64,000 nucleotides of DNA from Mobula hypostoma (Eukaryota). The notes under the pieces are model-generated. The model was given only the letters and a program-made list of their open reading frames with translations. It ran no database searches and was not told the origin of the DNA. The translations under genes and the position numbers were made by a program. Numbering within the stretch: position 1 is the first letter of the stretch; every line of letters begins with the position of its first letter. Location: positions 111,974,001-112,038,000 of the forward strand of contig NC_086108.1 in assembly GCF_963921235.1 (NCBI RefSeq). Direction: 5' to 3'. Of this stretch, positions 1 to 12,995 are shown one piece after another.

Positions 1-1630
1 TCCAACTTGATGAAGCCCATGGTCTAGAAGCTTCTTTAAAATCTCTCTGAAGTAAGCACCGTGCCCCTCCACATACTCACAGAAGAGTAGGCTATCATCC
101 AAGTAGACGAAGACATACTTGTGAAGAATATCCTAGAGCATGTCATTTATAAAGGCCTGGAAAACCGCTGGAGAATTTGCAAGGCTGAAGGGTATAACTC
201 AGTAGCTGTAGTGCCCTGTCAGTGTACTGAGTGCAGTCTTCCACACATTGCTTTCCCTAAGACGGATCAGACTGTGTGCACTCCATGGGTTTAGTTTTGT
301 GAATGCCCTTGCCCCTTGGAGCACCTCAAAGGCTGCATTCATAAATGGAAGAGGGTAACAATTCTTGGCCTTAATGCAGTTTAATCACCTATAATCAATG
401 CACGGCCTCAGTCACACATCTTTCTTCTGTACGAAGAAGAAGCCTACACTGGCAGATGAGGTAGTTGGCTGAATGAAGCCTGCGGCACGAGCTTCCTTTA
501 TATACTCCTCTGTTGCACTTCTCTCTGGGCCTGAAAGCACGTACAATCGACCCCGCGGGAGACAAGTACAGTAGCAGCAGGTTTATAGCATATTCGTAGG
601 GTTGATGCAGTGAAAGAGTCAAGGCCTTTCCTTTTCAGAATACCATGCCGCAAGCAATCTCTTTTACAATCACTGGGCCAGGCAGTGATTCCCCCTTCCT
701 CACGTCCACGGATGGGTCATGTTGGGACAGCCAAGGGTACGAGTGCAGAGTCAATAGTGTGAAACTAATGTCTTTCACATGACCGTCTATCCTCATCTGC
801 AAACCCACCATCTGTTGCTGGACCTGCCTGGAACCTAGTGTTCAGCTGTGGAAGACAGTTGTGGGCGTGGACAGGCTCAGCTCTCATAGTGGTATGTCGA
901 ACCAAGGGGCAGTTCCTAAATCCAGAAAATTAACCGCTGCCCCAGAGTCCACAAAAACCTTTACCTGCCACAAGTTCTTACCCCACATGAACTCTGCTTT
1001 TGGCACAAAACCAGAATCCTTGGGATTGGGCCTATGCCATCACTGTCCACCCAGCAATGGACGGCCTTAGCAGTTCTCCAGGTAGCTGCAGCTTCGGACA
1101 CTCAGCCTGCAGGTGACCTGCTTTCCCAGAGTAAAAGCAGCGACGTTGACTCCAACACCAGGCCCACTCATCGGCGGAGAGCCCATAGGTTTGACTGGAT
1201 TTGAGCAGGTGATGGGCTGGTCATGGTCTGAGGTTGGGGAGCAGAACTGCGTTATGTAGGGACCGGGTGTGGACTGGCTCTCTCTGACCTCCTGAAGTGG
1301 TCCCACTTTCACTGTGCCAGACGAGACGGACAGACTAGTGGATGAAAACTTCCAAGTTCTCAACCGACTGTCCCAAGGCAAGGGAATCCTCCAGCTCATC
1401 TTGGAGTCCGTGATGGTGCAGAGTGGCCAATGCCTCCCTGTTCCCAACCACTCTCCTGGGCCGAGGTCCGAAATTCAATCACATAGCTAGCCACTGACCA
1501 CTCCCCCACTCCCACCCCAGTAGAATCTTCATCAGACAGTCTGAGGCTCAGCTGGCTCCGGTGAGTTGATGAAACACCTTCATAGTGGCCCTGAATTCCT
1601 CCAAATCCAAACCAATCTCTGACCTGTGTC
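1..1630 (-). mobile_element. Decayed Ty3/Gypsy LTR-retrotransposon internal region (gag remnant, aspartic protease, RT)
   Basis: Minus-strand translation gives FQAFINDML*DILHKYVFVYLDD (RT YLDD motif, about 90-165) and VKVFVDSGAAVNFL (protease DSG motif, about 920-965). Contains stops and frameshifts. Confidence 0.85.
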
Positions 1631-1634
1631 CCCA

Positions 1635-2310
1635 GTGAGCTCTCTTGCCAGAGGCCAGTTCCCCGTACAGCAGGTCTTTCTGGATCCTCCCATCTGACAT
1701 GCGGTGTACGTGGCCCAGCCAGCGGAGACGGCGTTGTTGGAGCAGGGTGAAGAGGCTGGGTATCTGGGTGCGGGCCAGGGCCTCATTGTTGGTGCCTCGG
1801 TCAGTCCACGTGATGTCCAGGATGCATCTCAGGCTGTGAAGGTGGAAGGCGTTGAGACGCCGCTCTTGTCTGTAGTAGAGGCTCCAGGTCTCGCTGCCGT
1901 AAAGCAGTGTGCTGAGGATGCAGGCCCTGTAGACTGCAACTTTGATGTACGTCATCAGCTTTCTGTTCTCCCAGACTCTCTTTGTCAGCCTGGCGAATGT
2001 TGAGGCTGCTCGTCCGATCCGTCTGTTGATCTCGGGGTCTAGGGAGAGGCTGTCCGTGATGGTGGGGCCAAGGTATGTAAACTCGTGAACTACCTCCAGC
2101 TCGTAGTTGTTGATGGTAATGGCAGGGGGGTGCTCAACGCCTTGGCCCAACACGATGGTTTTCTTCAGGCTGATGGTCAAGCTGAAGTCCTGGCAGGCTC
2201 TTGAGAAGCTGTCCATGAGGCGTTGCAGTTGCTCTTCAGAGTGTGTTGCCAGTGCCACATCATCTGCAAACAATATGTCCCTGATGAGTACTTCACGAAC
2301 CTTGGTTTTT
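1635..2310 (-). mobile_element. RTE-clade LINE RT fragment inserted into the Gypsy gag region
   Basis: IRDILFADDVAL...FSLTISLKKT...YRACILSTLLYGSETW...RRLRWLGHVHRM...KDLLYGEL within ORF 1548-2465; typical RTE/BovB-type RT C-terminal motifs. Confidence 0.88.
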
Positions 2311-2519
2311 GCCTCAGCCGGGACAGACTGAACAGCCTCCCGTCCGGACGGGAGCACCAGGATTACTCTGGCTTTAACCTTCTCCATTGTTTCTAGATGC
2401 TTCTCTCTCCCATGCACTCTTCCAGTTCTCCTCAGTTGCTGTTTGGTTGCTTCAGGTACTGGCATGTTGTTACTCTGGAACTGTGCAAAGACTTTTCCTG
2501 CTTCTTTGGAGAACCAGTC

Positions 2520-3030
2520 AAATTAAACTAAGTAAGTAATGCAAAAAGAAAGCAAGACAGCAGTGAGGTCGTGTCCATGGGTCCAATGTCCATTCACAAT
2601 TCCGATGGCGGAGGGGAAGAAGCTGTTTCTGAAACACTGAGTGTGCATTTTCAGACTCCTGTACCTCCTCCCTGATGGTTACAATGAGAAGAGGGCATGT
2701 CCTGGATGATGGTGGTCATTATTGTTGGATATCGCCTTCTTTAGACATCGCCTTTTAAAGATGTCCAGAATGCTGGGAATGATGGAGCTGTCTGAGTTTG
2801 CAAACTTCTGCGGATTTTTCCACTCCAGTGCAGTTGCCCCTTCAGATCAGATAGTGATGCATCCAATTAGAATGCTCTCCATGTTACATCTGTAGAAATT
2901 GCTAGTCTTTGATGACAGACCAAATTTCAAACCGTAATGAAATTCAGCCACCGATGTGTCTTCTTTATATTGTATCAACGTGTTGGACTCAGGATAGATC
3001 TTCAGTGATGTTGACACCCAGCCTCTTCAT
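2520..3030 (-). mobile_element. Rex1/Babar-like LINE 3' fragment
   Basis: Resembles the 3' ends of the other Rex1-like copies in the window (HPGHALFSLLPSGRRY region). Confidence 0.6.
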
Positions 3031-3484
3031 TAAGAAAATCAGTCCCATCCCTCTCTCCCTGCATCTCTCCTTTCTGAAACTTATTCTTTCTCAAAAATCC
3101 ATCAATTCTCCTTTCACTCCTTCCGCAATTAATGTAAACTCTGCTATGGGTTTTCAGAACCAAAGTCCCGGCAAGAGTCGGGGAATTTGGGTGGAGAGCT
3201 GTTTCAACACTTCCTGAGTCTGAAATTCCTGACGTTGATGCTGCCACGATCACATATCTTTCCCAACCTTGATAATTCTAATGAGACGAAGAACGATGGG
3301 CAATAGCTGGGCTTTCTTGTTCAAAAGAAGTTAACAGATGGCCTCGTGGAAAGATGTCTGGGGGGAATCAATGGGAACAGATCACTGCCAAGAATAATGT
3401 GACAAGGAAAAGGAAAGGAACCTCCCGTGGGCTCTTTATGATGTGGGAAAAAAACTGAAGAACCTGGGGGAAATGGACATGGAC

Positions 3485-3690
3485 AGAGAGAATATAGACC
3501 CCAACCACACACACACACTACTAGCCCTGCACATACAGTACCAGAGGACACAGAGAATATGACCCTCCCCCCAAATAGACAGTACCAGAGGTGACAGAGA
3601 ATATACCCCCCCCCACACACAGACAGTGCCAGAGGTGACAGAGAATATCCCCCCACACACACACACAGACAGTACCAGAGGTCAGAAATG
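3485..3690. repeat. Minisatellite, about 40-50 bp unit (cacagacagtaccagaggtgacagagaatat...), about 4 copies
   Basis: Direct repeats visible in the sequence. Confidence 0.75.
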
Positions 3691-3819
3691 AACCTGTTCA
3701 CGGGAATCGTGATACAGATCCTCCCTCTCCAGCACTAACGTGCCACCCAAATTACTCCATCTAACAATTTCAGCCTGGTCTCCTCTCAATCTGTGCATTT
3801 CCCCTTTGCTCGTTTGCAG

Positions 3820-4017
3820 GTTGGTAACACGTACCACGAGGTTTGGTACGATGATCCCGAGAGCATTTCTATGAGGGTGTCCATCGTGCTGAAACTGAAC
3901 CTCCGTGGTGTCGGCGTGTGGACTGCAAACAACATCAACTACACTGGTGATGCCAGAGCAAGAATGCAGGCTGCGGAGATGTGGAACGCAGTGTGTCCTC
4001 CCTGGTGCAATTACTGA
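3820..4017 (+). CDS. CTBS-like: CTBS-like paralogue A, terminal coding exon (exon 7 equivalent); earlier exons not seen in the window
   Basis: Polypyrimidine tract and CAG acceptor at 3817-3819, phase 0. VGNTYHEVWYDDPESISMR...LRGVGVWTANNINYTGD...EMWNAVCPPWCNY* matches the CTBS C-terminus (HQVWYDNPQSIS...LRGIGMWNANCLDYSGD...EMW). Confidence 0.93.
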   Translation, partial: VGNTYHEVWYDDPESISMRVSIVLKLNLRGVGVWTANNINYTGDARARMQAAEMWNAVCPPWCNY

Positions 4018-4299
4018 GTGTGAACCATTTCATCTCTGTATCAGCTCATCAATTAGTATTGCAAGATGAGCATCGTTATCTCTAGCATCTGATAATTTCT
4101 CACCCTCTCCCCAATCTTCTTCAATTCCCCAGTCCAGCTCCCCTCCTACCCCTTTTCATTTCCTCACGTGCCCACCTCCCTCTGTGTCCCCCCTCATCCC
4201 CCTTCTCCCCTCCCTTTCTCTCATGGTCCACGTTCATCTCCAGATTCCTCCTTCAGTCCTTCACCTTTTCCACCTATCAACTTCCAGCTTCTCAATTCA

Positions 4300-5160
4300 T
4301 CCTCCCTCCCCACCCACCCATCCTCCCCCTCACCTGGTCTCACCTATCACCTGCCAGTCTGTACTCCTCCCCCTCCCTCCCCACCCACCAATACTACCCC
4401 TCACCTGGTCTCACCTATCACCTGCCAGTCTGTACTCCTCCTCCTCCCTCCCCAACCACCCTTCCTCCCCCTCACCTGGTCTCACCTATCACCTGCCAGT
4501 CTGTACTCCTCCTCCACCCTCCCCACCCACCCATCCTCCCCCTCACCTGGTCTCACCTATCACCTGCCAGTCTGTACTCCTCCTCCTCCCTCCCCAACCA
4601 CCCTTCCTCCCCCTCACCTGGTCTCACCTATCACCTGCCAGTCTGTACTCCTCCCCGTCCCTCCCCACCCACCCATCCTCCCCCTCACCTGGCCTCACTT
4701 ATCACCTGCCAGTCTGTACTCCCCCTCCCCCTCCCCCTCACCTGTTCTCACCTATCGCCTGCCAGTCTGTACTCCTTCCCCTCGCTAGCCACCCACCCAT
4801 CCTCCCCCTCACCTGATCTCACCTATCACCTGCCAGTCTGTACTACCCCCCCTCCCCCTCACCTGGTCTCACCTATCACCTGCCAGTCTGTAGTCCTTCC
4901 CCCTCCCTCCCTCCCCACCCACCCATCCTCTCCCTCACCTGGTCTCACCCATCACCTGCCAGTCTGTACTCCTCCCCCTCCCCCTCACCTGGCCTCACCT
5001 ATCACCTGCCAGACTGTACTCCTTCCCCTCCCTCCCCACCCTCCCCCCTCCCTCTCACCTGTTCTCACCTATCACCTGCCAGTCTGTACTCCCCCCCCTC
5101 CCTCCCCCTCACCTGGTCTCACCTATCACCTGCCAGTCTGTACTCCTCCCCCTCCCTCCA
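4300..5160. repeat. C/T-rich minisatellite, about 50-62 bp unit (cccctcacctggtctcacctatcacctgccagtctgtactcc...), about 15 copies
   Basis: Tandem repeats seen directly; they explain the proline-rich ORFs 4168-4788 and 4184-4816. Confidence 0.95.
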
Positions 5161-5193
5161 GCTTCTTATTCCGGCTTCTTACCCCTTCTTTTC

Positions 5194-5231
5194 CAGTCCT
5201 GATGAAGGGTCTCGGTCTGAAACGTCGACTG
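5194..5231 (+). ncRNA. Minimal type I hammerhead ribozyme motif (Penelope-type)
   Basis: CAGTC-CTGATGA-AGGGTCTCGGTCT-GAAA-CGTC-GACTG: complementary stem I (CAGTC/GACTG), CUGANGA and GAAA core boxes, GUC cleavage triplet. Confidence 0.75.
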
Positions 5232-5323
5232 TTTATTCCTCTCCATAGATGCTGCCTGACCTACTGAGTTCCTCCAGCATTTTCTGAGTGTAACAAAATT
5301 GAGCTCATTTGTAATAATAGTAA

Positions 5324-5329
5324 AATAAA
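5324..5329 (+). terminator. Putative polyadenylation signal of CTBS-like copy A
   Basis: First AATAAA after the stop codon. It lies in an AT-rich block (about 5320-5380) visibly homologous to 37902-37960 downstream of copy B. Confidence 0.55.
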
Positions 5330-6599
5330 TATAAATGTAGAAAACAATTCAAACATTTTATTCATTAAATTCAAATGAAGCTGTACAATAGAAAGATACA
5401 CGTAGTGGCCACTTTATTAGGTGTTCATATACTGCTGCTCATTACCACAAAAATCTAATCAGTCAAGGTGAGCCAGATATGTGTATGTGTGCTACCTGTT
5501 TGATTTGGACCTTCTGGCCCAACGAGTCCATGCTGCACAATACCACCCATGTGACCAATTAACCTACAAGCCTTTATGTCTTTGGGATGTGGGATGAAAT
5601 CAGAACACCAGAGGAAATTCAGGTACCAGGAGACCTCCTGACAAAGGCAGGAATTGAACCGAGGTCGCTGGTGCTGTAATAATGTTATGCTAACCACTAC
5701 TCTACCCCGCCGTGCCCTGTTTAATGAGTCTGAATGACAGTACAGTAGTTCTTTCAATTTCCCTTTCCTCCATTTTGTTTTCAAAATGGCACCAGGCTGT
5801 GGTCTCTGTCATGATCATGGCTTGGGTTTAGTTGCTTTTTAAGTTTGTAGGGATGGTTTTGGGCACAGAGAGGGGAGTGAGAGGTCAGATTAGGGTTTAG
5901 GGTCAGGGATAAGGATGAGTTAGAGGTCAGGGCTCCACTCTGTGCTCTGACTTCTGCACTCGAAGGTCGGTGACAGACAATGCTGACATCTGCAGTTCAG
6001 GCTTCAATAACCAATGACCAGGTGTCCGTGCGAGCAGGAGACATGAGGAGATCAATGGTTCTAGGCAGGTTAATGGGTCAGCACAGACCAGGTGGACTGA
6101 AGGGCTTGTTTGTGCGCTGTTGTGTTCTGTGACTCCATGACACAGGAAAGCCAGTCATTCACATGCCTGGAGTTCAGAATCCTGTCATCGGCTAGTCCGG
6201 AGATTGATACAAAAAACTGGCGCCCAGAAGTCAATTGGTTGTCAGGAAATTGAGGCGCAATGGTTAGAAAAGTAGAGGGCTATGCGTAACCCTAGGTAAT
6301 TTCTAAGGTAAGGACATGTTCGGCACAGCTTTGTGGGCCGCAGGGCGTGTATTGTGCTGTAGGTTTTCTATGTCTCTAAGTCTGGAGACTGGAGAACTCT
6401 GTGTGTGTGGGGGTGGATGCCAGGGAGGTGACGGGTTTGTTTCGCTGGTGTCTTGTATTTGTCTGCAGAGCATAGTGGGTATGCTATGTTGGTGCCAGGA
6501 TCTTACGGCATCAGAATGTTTGGACGTTGCCAGATATCCTCCAAATGAGACTGGGCTTGTTGACAGAGATTATCTGCTGCATTGCTTCAGTATTGAATT

Positions 6600-7630
6600 A
6601 ACTTTATTTCTTGCATCCTTCACATACATGAGGAGTAAAAATCTTTATGTTATGTCTCCATCTAAATGCGCAATGTGCAATCATAGTAATTTATAATAAA
6701 TAGAACGGGCAATATAACATAGAAATACCCTCAAATCAGCATGAGTTAATCAGTCTGATGGCCTGGTGGAAGAAGCTGTCCTGGAGCCTGTTGGTCCTGG
6801 CTTCTATGCTGCGGTATCGCTTCCCAGATGGTAGCAGCTGGAATACATTGTGGTTGGGGTGATTTGGGTCCCCAATGATCCTTCGGGTCCTTTTTATACG
6901 CCTGTCTTTGTAAATGTTCTGAATCATGGGAAGTTCACAACTACAGATGAGCTGGGCAGAGACCTGCGATTAAGGGAGGTACAGTTCCCATACCAGATAG
7001 TGATGCAGCCAGTCAGGATGCTCTCAATTGTACCCATGTAGAAAGTCCTTAGGATTTGGGGGCCCACACCAAACTTCCTCAACTCTCTGAGGTGAAAGAG
7101 GCGCTGTTGTGTCTTTTTCACCACACAACTGTTGTGTACAGACCACGTAAGGTCCTCGGTGATGTGGATACGGAGGAACTTGAAGCTATTTACCCTCTCA
7201 ACCCCAGATCCATTGATGTCAATAAGGGTTAGTCCACCTCCATTCCTCCTGTAATCCACAACCAGCTCCTTTGTTTTTGCGACATTGAGGGAGAGGTTGT
7301 TTTCCTGACACCACTGTGTCGGAGAGATGACTTCTTCCCTTTGGCCACCTTGTTATTGTTTGAGATAAGACCAATCAATGTAGTGTTGGCAGCAAAATTA
7401 ATTAATTAGCAGATCAGAGCTGTGGGTGGTGATACAGTCATGGGTATACAGGAAGTAAAAGAGGGGATTTGGTACACAGCCCTAAGTAACTTCACAAAGT
7501 CAATCACTTGTGACTTGTCCCTACCAGACCAATGAATCTCAGGGCCAGTCCTTGCTGTTCTCTCTCCGCTGGAGGGGATTTAGTACACAGCCCTGAGGGG
7601 CTCCTGTGTTGAGAGTCAGAGGGGTGGAGG
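6600..7630 (-). mobile_element. Rex1/Babar-like LINE 3' part
   Basis: ORFs 6924-7259 (VERVNSFKFL...QRLFHLR...IESILTGCITIWYGN) and 6736-6927 (LPSGKRYRS...SFFHQAIRL). Confidence 0.8.
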
Positions 7631-8514
7631 TGAGACTATTGGAGAAGAGGAGTTCGGTGGGTAATACCGTTCAGGCTGACTGGAAGTGCACTGAGAGCGG
7701 TAAGCGTAAAGGAGTTGGGTGCTTACTGTTCTGGTTAACAATGGATGGTGCAATCCGGGGTATATTACAATTGAGAAACGTGTTCGCAGACTGGATATTG
7801 AACTTTTTACTGTTGGACTTCGGCCACATTCCACCGTGATACAACACTTGGCGGCACGGGAAGTCGTTCCTGCCTGTGGCCATCGAACGTGCAGCTCCTC
7901 CCGTGGAGGGTCAGACACCCTGAGCCAAATAGACTGGTCCTGGATTTATTTTCCATCTGGCATAGTTTGCATTTTGTAGTTTGATTGTTGGAGTTTTTTT
8001 GTATTACTATATTTATGCTCTATTCTTGGTTGGTGCGGCTGTAACGAAACTAAATTTCCCTCGGGATTAATAAAGTATATCTATGTACCTATCTATCTAT
8101 CTAGATGGGGTAGATAATCAGAATCCTTTTTGCCGGGATAGGAAATTTAGAAATAGAGGGCTCGGGGTTAAGGCGAGAGGGGAGACTGGTTGCATCACCA
8201 TTTGGTCTGGAGGGGCCACTGCACAGGATCAGAGAGAGCTGTAAACTCAGCCAGTTCCATCACGAGTACTATTCCCCCGAGCATTGAGGGCATCTTGAAT
8301 TGGCAAAGCCTCATTAACACAGCTTCCATCATTAAGCACCCCCATCACCAGGACATGCCCTCTTGCCACCATCAGGGAGGAGGTACAGAAGCCTGAAGAC
8401 ACACACTCAATGTTTCAGGAACAGCTTCTTCCCCTGCGCCATCAGACTTCTGAATGGACAAGGAACCCATTAACACTACTTCACTACTTTAAAATTCCTT
8501 TTGCACTACGTATT

Positions 8515-9170
8515 TAGATTATTAGATTAGATTAGATTATGAGTACACGCAGTCCTCTGTTATTGTCATTTAGTAATGTATGCATTAAGAAATGATACAA
8601 TGTTTTTCCAGAATGATATCATGAAAACACATGACAAACCGACTTAAAAACTGATAAAAACCACATAATTATAACATATAGTTACAACAGTGCAAAGCAA
8701 TACTGTAATTTGATAAGAACAGACCATGGCACGGTAAAAAATCTCAAAGTCTCTCGAAAGTCCCATCATCTCACGCAGACAGTGAACCTCTAGCACCACA
8801 AACTTGCCGATGCAGCATCCTGGAAGCATCCGACCACAGTCCGACTCTGAGCCCGTCCGAAAACTCCAAGCCACTGACCACCTCCCGACACCAAGCACCG
8901 AGCACCATCTCTGCCGAGCGCTTTGACCCTGGCCCCGGCAACAGGCAATAGGCAAAGCTGAGGATTTGGGGCCTTCGTCTCCAGAGATTCTCGATCGTAC
9001 ATTAGCAGCGGCAGCTAAGCAGGCATTTCAGAAGTTTCTGCAGGTGTTCCTCTGTACTCTCACGGCTGTCTCCATCAAATCCGGATTGTGCACGGCCCCC
9101 CTAATTACACTTATCGATATCATTCGGAACGGCCGCGCGCGCAGCATCGCGCCATCTTCTCCTCCCTCCT
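8515..9170 (-). mobile_element. Non-autonomous retroposon with AAGATGGCG 5' end and (TAATC)n tail
   Basis: Same tail and body as the + strand copy at 62930-63912; a tail fragment also lies at about 26005-26090. Confidence 0.65.
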
Positions 9171-10457
9171 CTTATTTAATTTCATTTTCTATTTTTAAAT
9201 ATACTTTTCATAGTAAGTTATAGTTATTTATTATTATTTTGTATGGGAATGTTGTGCTGCCGCAAACAACAAATTTCACAGCATATGCCGGTGATATTAA
9301 CCTGATTCTGATTCAGACAGTGAACAGAGATCAGCTTCAGATTCAAATGTATTCATCACATGTACATTGAAACATACCGTGAAACGTAACATTTGCGTTA
9401 ACAACCAACACAACCGGAGGGATCAGAGGGGGGAGGGGGGAGGCTGGGGGTGTCAATGGAGAGGGGATGGTTGGGGTGAGAGAAAGATGGAGCCTCTGAG
9501 GGCCCAGGAGCTGACGGTGGGATCTGAGGGAGACGGGGTTGCAGAGTGGTGGTGGGGGAAGGGGAGACGGGAGTCACAATAGCAGCACATAAAGAACCGG
9601 CCTGGAGTCGCAGTCGGTGGTTGCGCAATCACTTTGAATGTGTCCATGGTTGTTGCTGGAGTCCGGGTTTTGAATATGCCCTGAGGTGTTGGAGCCGGCG
9701 AGATCAATGGCAGAGGCAAACTGAAGTTTATGCCTGTTAGTTTCATGGCCAGTAAAGACACAGACTTGCAGTTACCCCAAAGACTACTCGTTCACCCAGC
9801 ATCCGACATACCACAGGCTCTCTCTCTCCCTAATAAGAGATGTCTCCGGTTCACAGTGAGCGGGGAGACATAACAAGCAACTTGTTGGTTTACGACATTT
9901 TACTTTACTGACGTTGAAGGAAAAGATGCCACACTGGGTGCTATTTTTTGTCTCTCAGGATATAATCTTGATGAATGGTGAATATGTGGAATCTTTTGCC
10001 GCAGGCAGCTATGGAGGCCAAAACTTTATGTATATTTAAGGCAAAAGTTGACAGATTCTTGATTGGTCAAGCCTATAGGGAAACGGGGAGAAGGCAGGAG
10101 ATTGGGGCTGAGGGGAAAATTGAATCAGCCATGATGAATGGAAAAACAGACTCGATGGGCCAAATGGCCTAATTCTGCTCTTACATCTTATGGTCTTATG
10201 ATCTTATGGAATGTTGTCCAAAGAGGAGGCGAGGATGCTGTGTCAGTTGTGGCTGTTGTTCAAGGCTGTGAGAGATGAGAGAAAGTAGCTTATCCTACAA
10301 AGTTACATTTGATAGCACGAATTTTACGTCAATATTTCATTGTTACCACATACAGGGAGCGAGAGAGAGAGAGAGAGAGACAATACAGCAGTCATTCTCA
10401 GCCCTGTACAGATTACTGGAAATAAATCACATTTCTGGTGGAGTTTGTACAGAGAGG

Positions 10458-10610
10458 ATGGTCTGGAGTCTGGAATTGGTGCTGGGTCTGTTCATAACCA
10501 CAATGTGGAACCACAGTTTCAACAAGCAACTTTCCGTTGCTTTACATTGTTTGTGTGATGATCCAGATCTGTGCCGGCCCCTCCATAAAGAGAATAACGT
10601 CCAATTCGAG
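10458..10610 (+). CDS. CTBS-like: CTBS-like paralogue B exon 1 (probable signal peptide and CxCxxxxLCRP motif)
   Basis: ATG at 10458. MVWSLELVLGLFITTMWNH...HCLCDDPDLCRPLHKENNVQFE is followed by a GTGAGA donor at 10611, phase 0. Matches CTBS CPCPEPELCRPI...DFE. Confidence 0.88.
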
Positions 10611-10934
10611 GTGAGATATTTTATTTATATTTATTTAGAGATACAGCACAGAACAGGCCCCACCGGCTTAACGAGCCGTGGCACCCAGCAACCAACTGAT
10701 TTAAACCTACCCCAATCACAGGGGATTTACAATGACCTACTAACCCACTAACCGGTACGTCTTTGGAATGCAGGAGGAAACTGGAGCACCTGGGGGAAAG
10801 CTATGTGCATGCAGAGAGGAATGTTCAAACCTGCCTATAGAGGAGGCTGGAAATGAACTCCAAACTCTGACAGCTATGCTACCGTGGCATGCCATGTGAG
10901 TTCCTCTCTGTAAGATGCTACGTCTGGTTAAGTT

Positions 10935-11825
10935 ACGTTCTAATGGGACATTGGTAGGATGCAGGGCTGTGCTGACATATGGCAGATAGTGTTTAATGTG
11001 GACAAGTGGGAAGTGATTCACGTTGGAAGGTCAAATTGGAAGGCAGAATACAGAGTTAATAGCAGGATTCTAAAGAAGTGTGGAGGAACAGTGGGATCTT
11101 GTGATCCATATCCCTAGATCCCTCAGTATTGCTACACAAGTTAATAGTTTGGTTACGAAGGTACATTGCGTGTTGACCTTCGTTAGTCGAAGGATTAAGT
11201 TCAAGAGCCAAGAGGTAATGTTGCAGCTCTAAAAACCCTGGTTAGACCACACTTGGAGCATTGTGTTCAGTTTTGGTCACCTCATTCCAGGAAGAATGTG
11301 GAAGTTCTAGAAAGGGTGAAGAGGAGATTGACCACGATGCTGCCTGGATTAGAGAGCATGTCCTATAGTGATGGTCTGAGTGAGCTAAGGCTTTTCTCTT
11401 TGGAGTGAAGGAGGATGAGAGGTGACTTGATAGAGGTGTACACTGGTAAGAGGAAAAGAGATTGGAAGACTGAAGATGGATCTTATTGAAACCTACCAGA
11501 TGTGGAGAGGTCATGATAGTGTGAATGTGTGGATGATGTTTCCTATAGTGAGAAGTCTAGGACCAGAGGGCACAGCCTCAGAATAGACATACCTTTAGAA
11601 CCGAGATGAGGAGGAGATTCTTTAGGCAGAGGTTATTGGATTTCATTGCTACAGACGACTGTGGAAGTCAAGTCAATCGGTATACTTAAGTGAAGGTTAA
11701 TAGGTTCTTGATTAGTCAGGGCTTCAAAGATTACAGGGAGAAGGCAGGAGAATGGGGTTGAGAGGAATAATAAGTCAGCCATGATAGAATGGTGGAGCAG
11801 ACTCAATGGGCAGAATGGCCTGATA
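10935..11825 (+). mobile_element. Two decayed CR1 LINE 3' fragments
   Basis: LVRPHLEHCVQFWSP-type and RGDLIE-type RT C-terminal motifs, plus CR1-type tails. Confidence 0.75.
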
Positions 11826-12104
11826 TTATCCTCCCGTTAAATACAATCCAATTCTTGTTAGCTGCCACCACAATCCTTTCATGGAAAGTCAGTGGGGTAT
11901 GGTGGCCTAGTCATTAGTGCAATCACAATCAGCAATTGGGATTCGATTGCAGCTGCTGTCTGGAAGAAGTTTATAACTCCTCCCTGTGATTGTGTGGTTT
12001 TAGTCTGGGTGCTTTTATTTAGTTTAAATTGGAACGGTGTTCGGGGCAGATGTAATGGTCTGAAGGGCCTGTTCCTCTGTGGTACTGTTCTGTGTTAAAG
12101 AATC

Positions 12105-12995
12105 CTAGAGAACAGCAGCTCAGAAACAGACCCTTCGGTCCATCTAATCCATGCCAAACTATTATTCTGCCTGTTCCCAGGACCTGCACCTGGAGCACAG
12201 TCCCCCATCCATCCATGTACTTAGCCAAACCTCTCTTAAATGTTGAAACTGAACCCACATCCACCACTTCTGCTGGCAGCTCGTTCCACCCTCTCACCAT
12301 CCTCTGGGTGAAGAAGGTCCCCATCATGTTCCCCTTAAACATTTAACCTTTCACCCTTAATGCATGACCTCTGGTTCACCTCACACTCAACCTCAGTGGA
12401 AAAAACCTGCTTACATTTACCCTCTCTACACCCCTCATAATTTGAAATACATCTACTGTATCAAATCTCCCGTCATTCTCCTAAATTCTAGGGAGTAAGT
12501 CCCAGCAACATCCTGGTAAGTTTTCTCTGCACTCTTTCAATCTTGTTGATATTTTTCCTGTAGTTAGGTGGCCAAAACTACACACAATACTCCGAACTAG
12601 GCTTTATCAATGACTTATACAACTTCACCATAATATACAACTCCTGTAATCAATACTTTGATTTACGAAGGCCAATATGCCAAAAACTCTCTGTGACCCT
12701 ATATACCTGTGATGTCACTTTCAAAGGAATTATGGACCTGTATTCCCAGATCCCTTTGTTCTACCACAATCCTCAGTTACCTATCGTTCACTGTGTCAGA
12801 CCTACTCTGGTTGGTCCCACCAAAATGCAACACCTCACTCTTGTCTGCATTAAATTCCATCTGCCATTTTTCAGCCCATTTGTCTAGCAGGTCCAGGTCC
12901 TACCTCAGGCTTTGATAGTCTTCCTCACTGTCCACTAAGCTCCTAAATTTGGTGTCATCCACAAACTTGCTGATCCAATTTATCACATTACCAAC
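12105..12995 (-). mobile_element. Decayed CR1 LINE 3' fragment
   Basis: Minus-strand FFTQRMVRGWNELP and KFVDDTK-like motifs. Confidence 0.75.

Larger units (their letters stand above)
4070..5292 (+). mobile_element. Penelope-derived (SINE-like) 3' tail with an internal minisatellite expansion, in the probable 3' UTR of copy A
   Basis: Ends in the cagtcctgatgaagggtctcgg...gaaacgtcgactg...gatgctgcctgacct tail shared with the Penelope copies at 36.9 kb and 51.1 kb. Confidence 0.7.

Noticed and set aside
1548..2465. 305-aa ORF that could look like a novel RT fusion gene
   Set aside because: Chance in-frame read-through of an RTE fragment into flanking decayed Gypsy sequence; the RT is truncated at both ends.
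3160..3420. Possible upstream exon of copy A after a ttttcag acceptor
   Set aside because: None of the three frames resembles CTBS exon 5 or 6.
4168..4816. Proline-rich ORFs of 206 and 210 aa
   Set aside because: Translations of a C/T-rich minisatellite in two frames.
10275..10457. Upstream in-frame ATG extending exon 1 of copy B by 61 aa
   Set aside because: The extension crosses a (GA)n tract and would bury the hydrophobic leader; ATG 10458 fits a signal peptide better. Needs 5' RACE.
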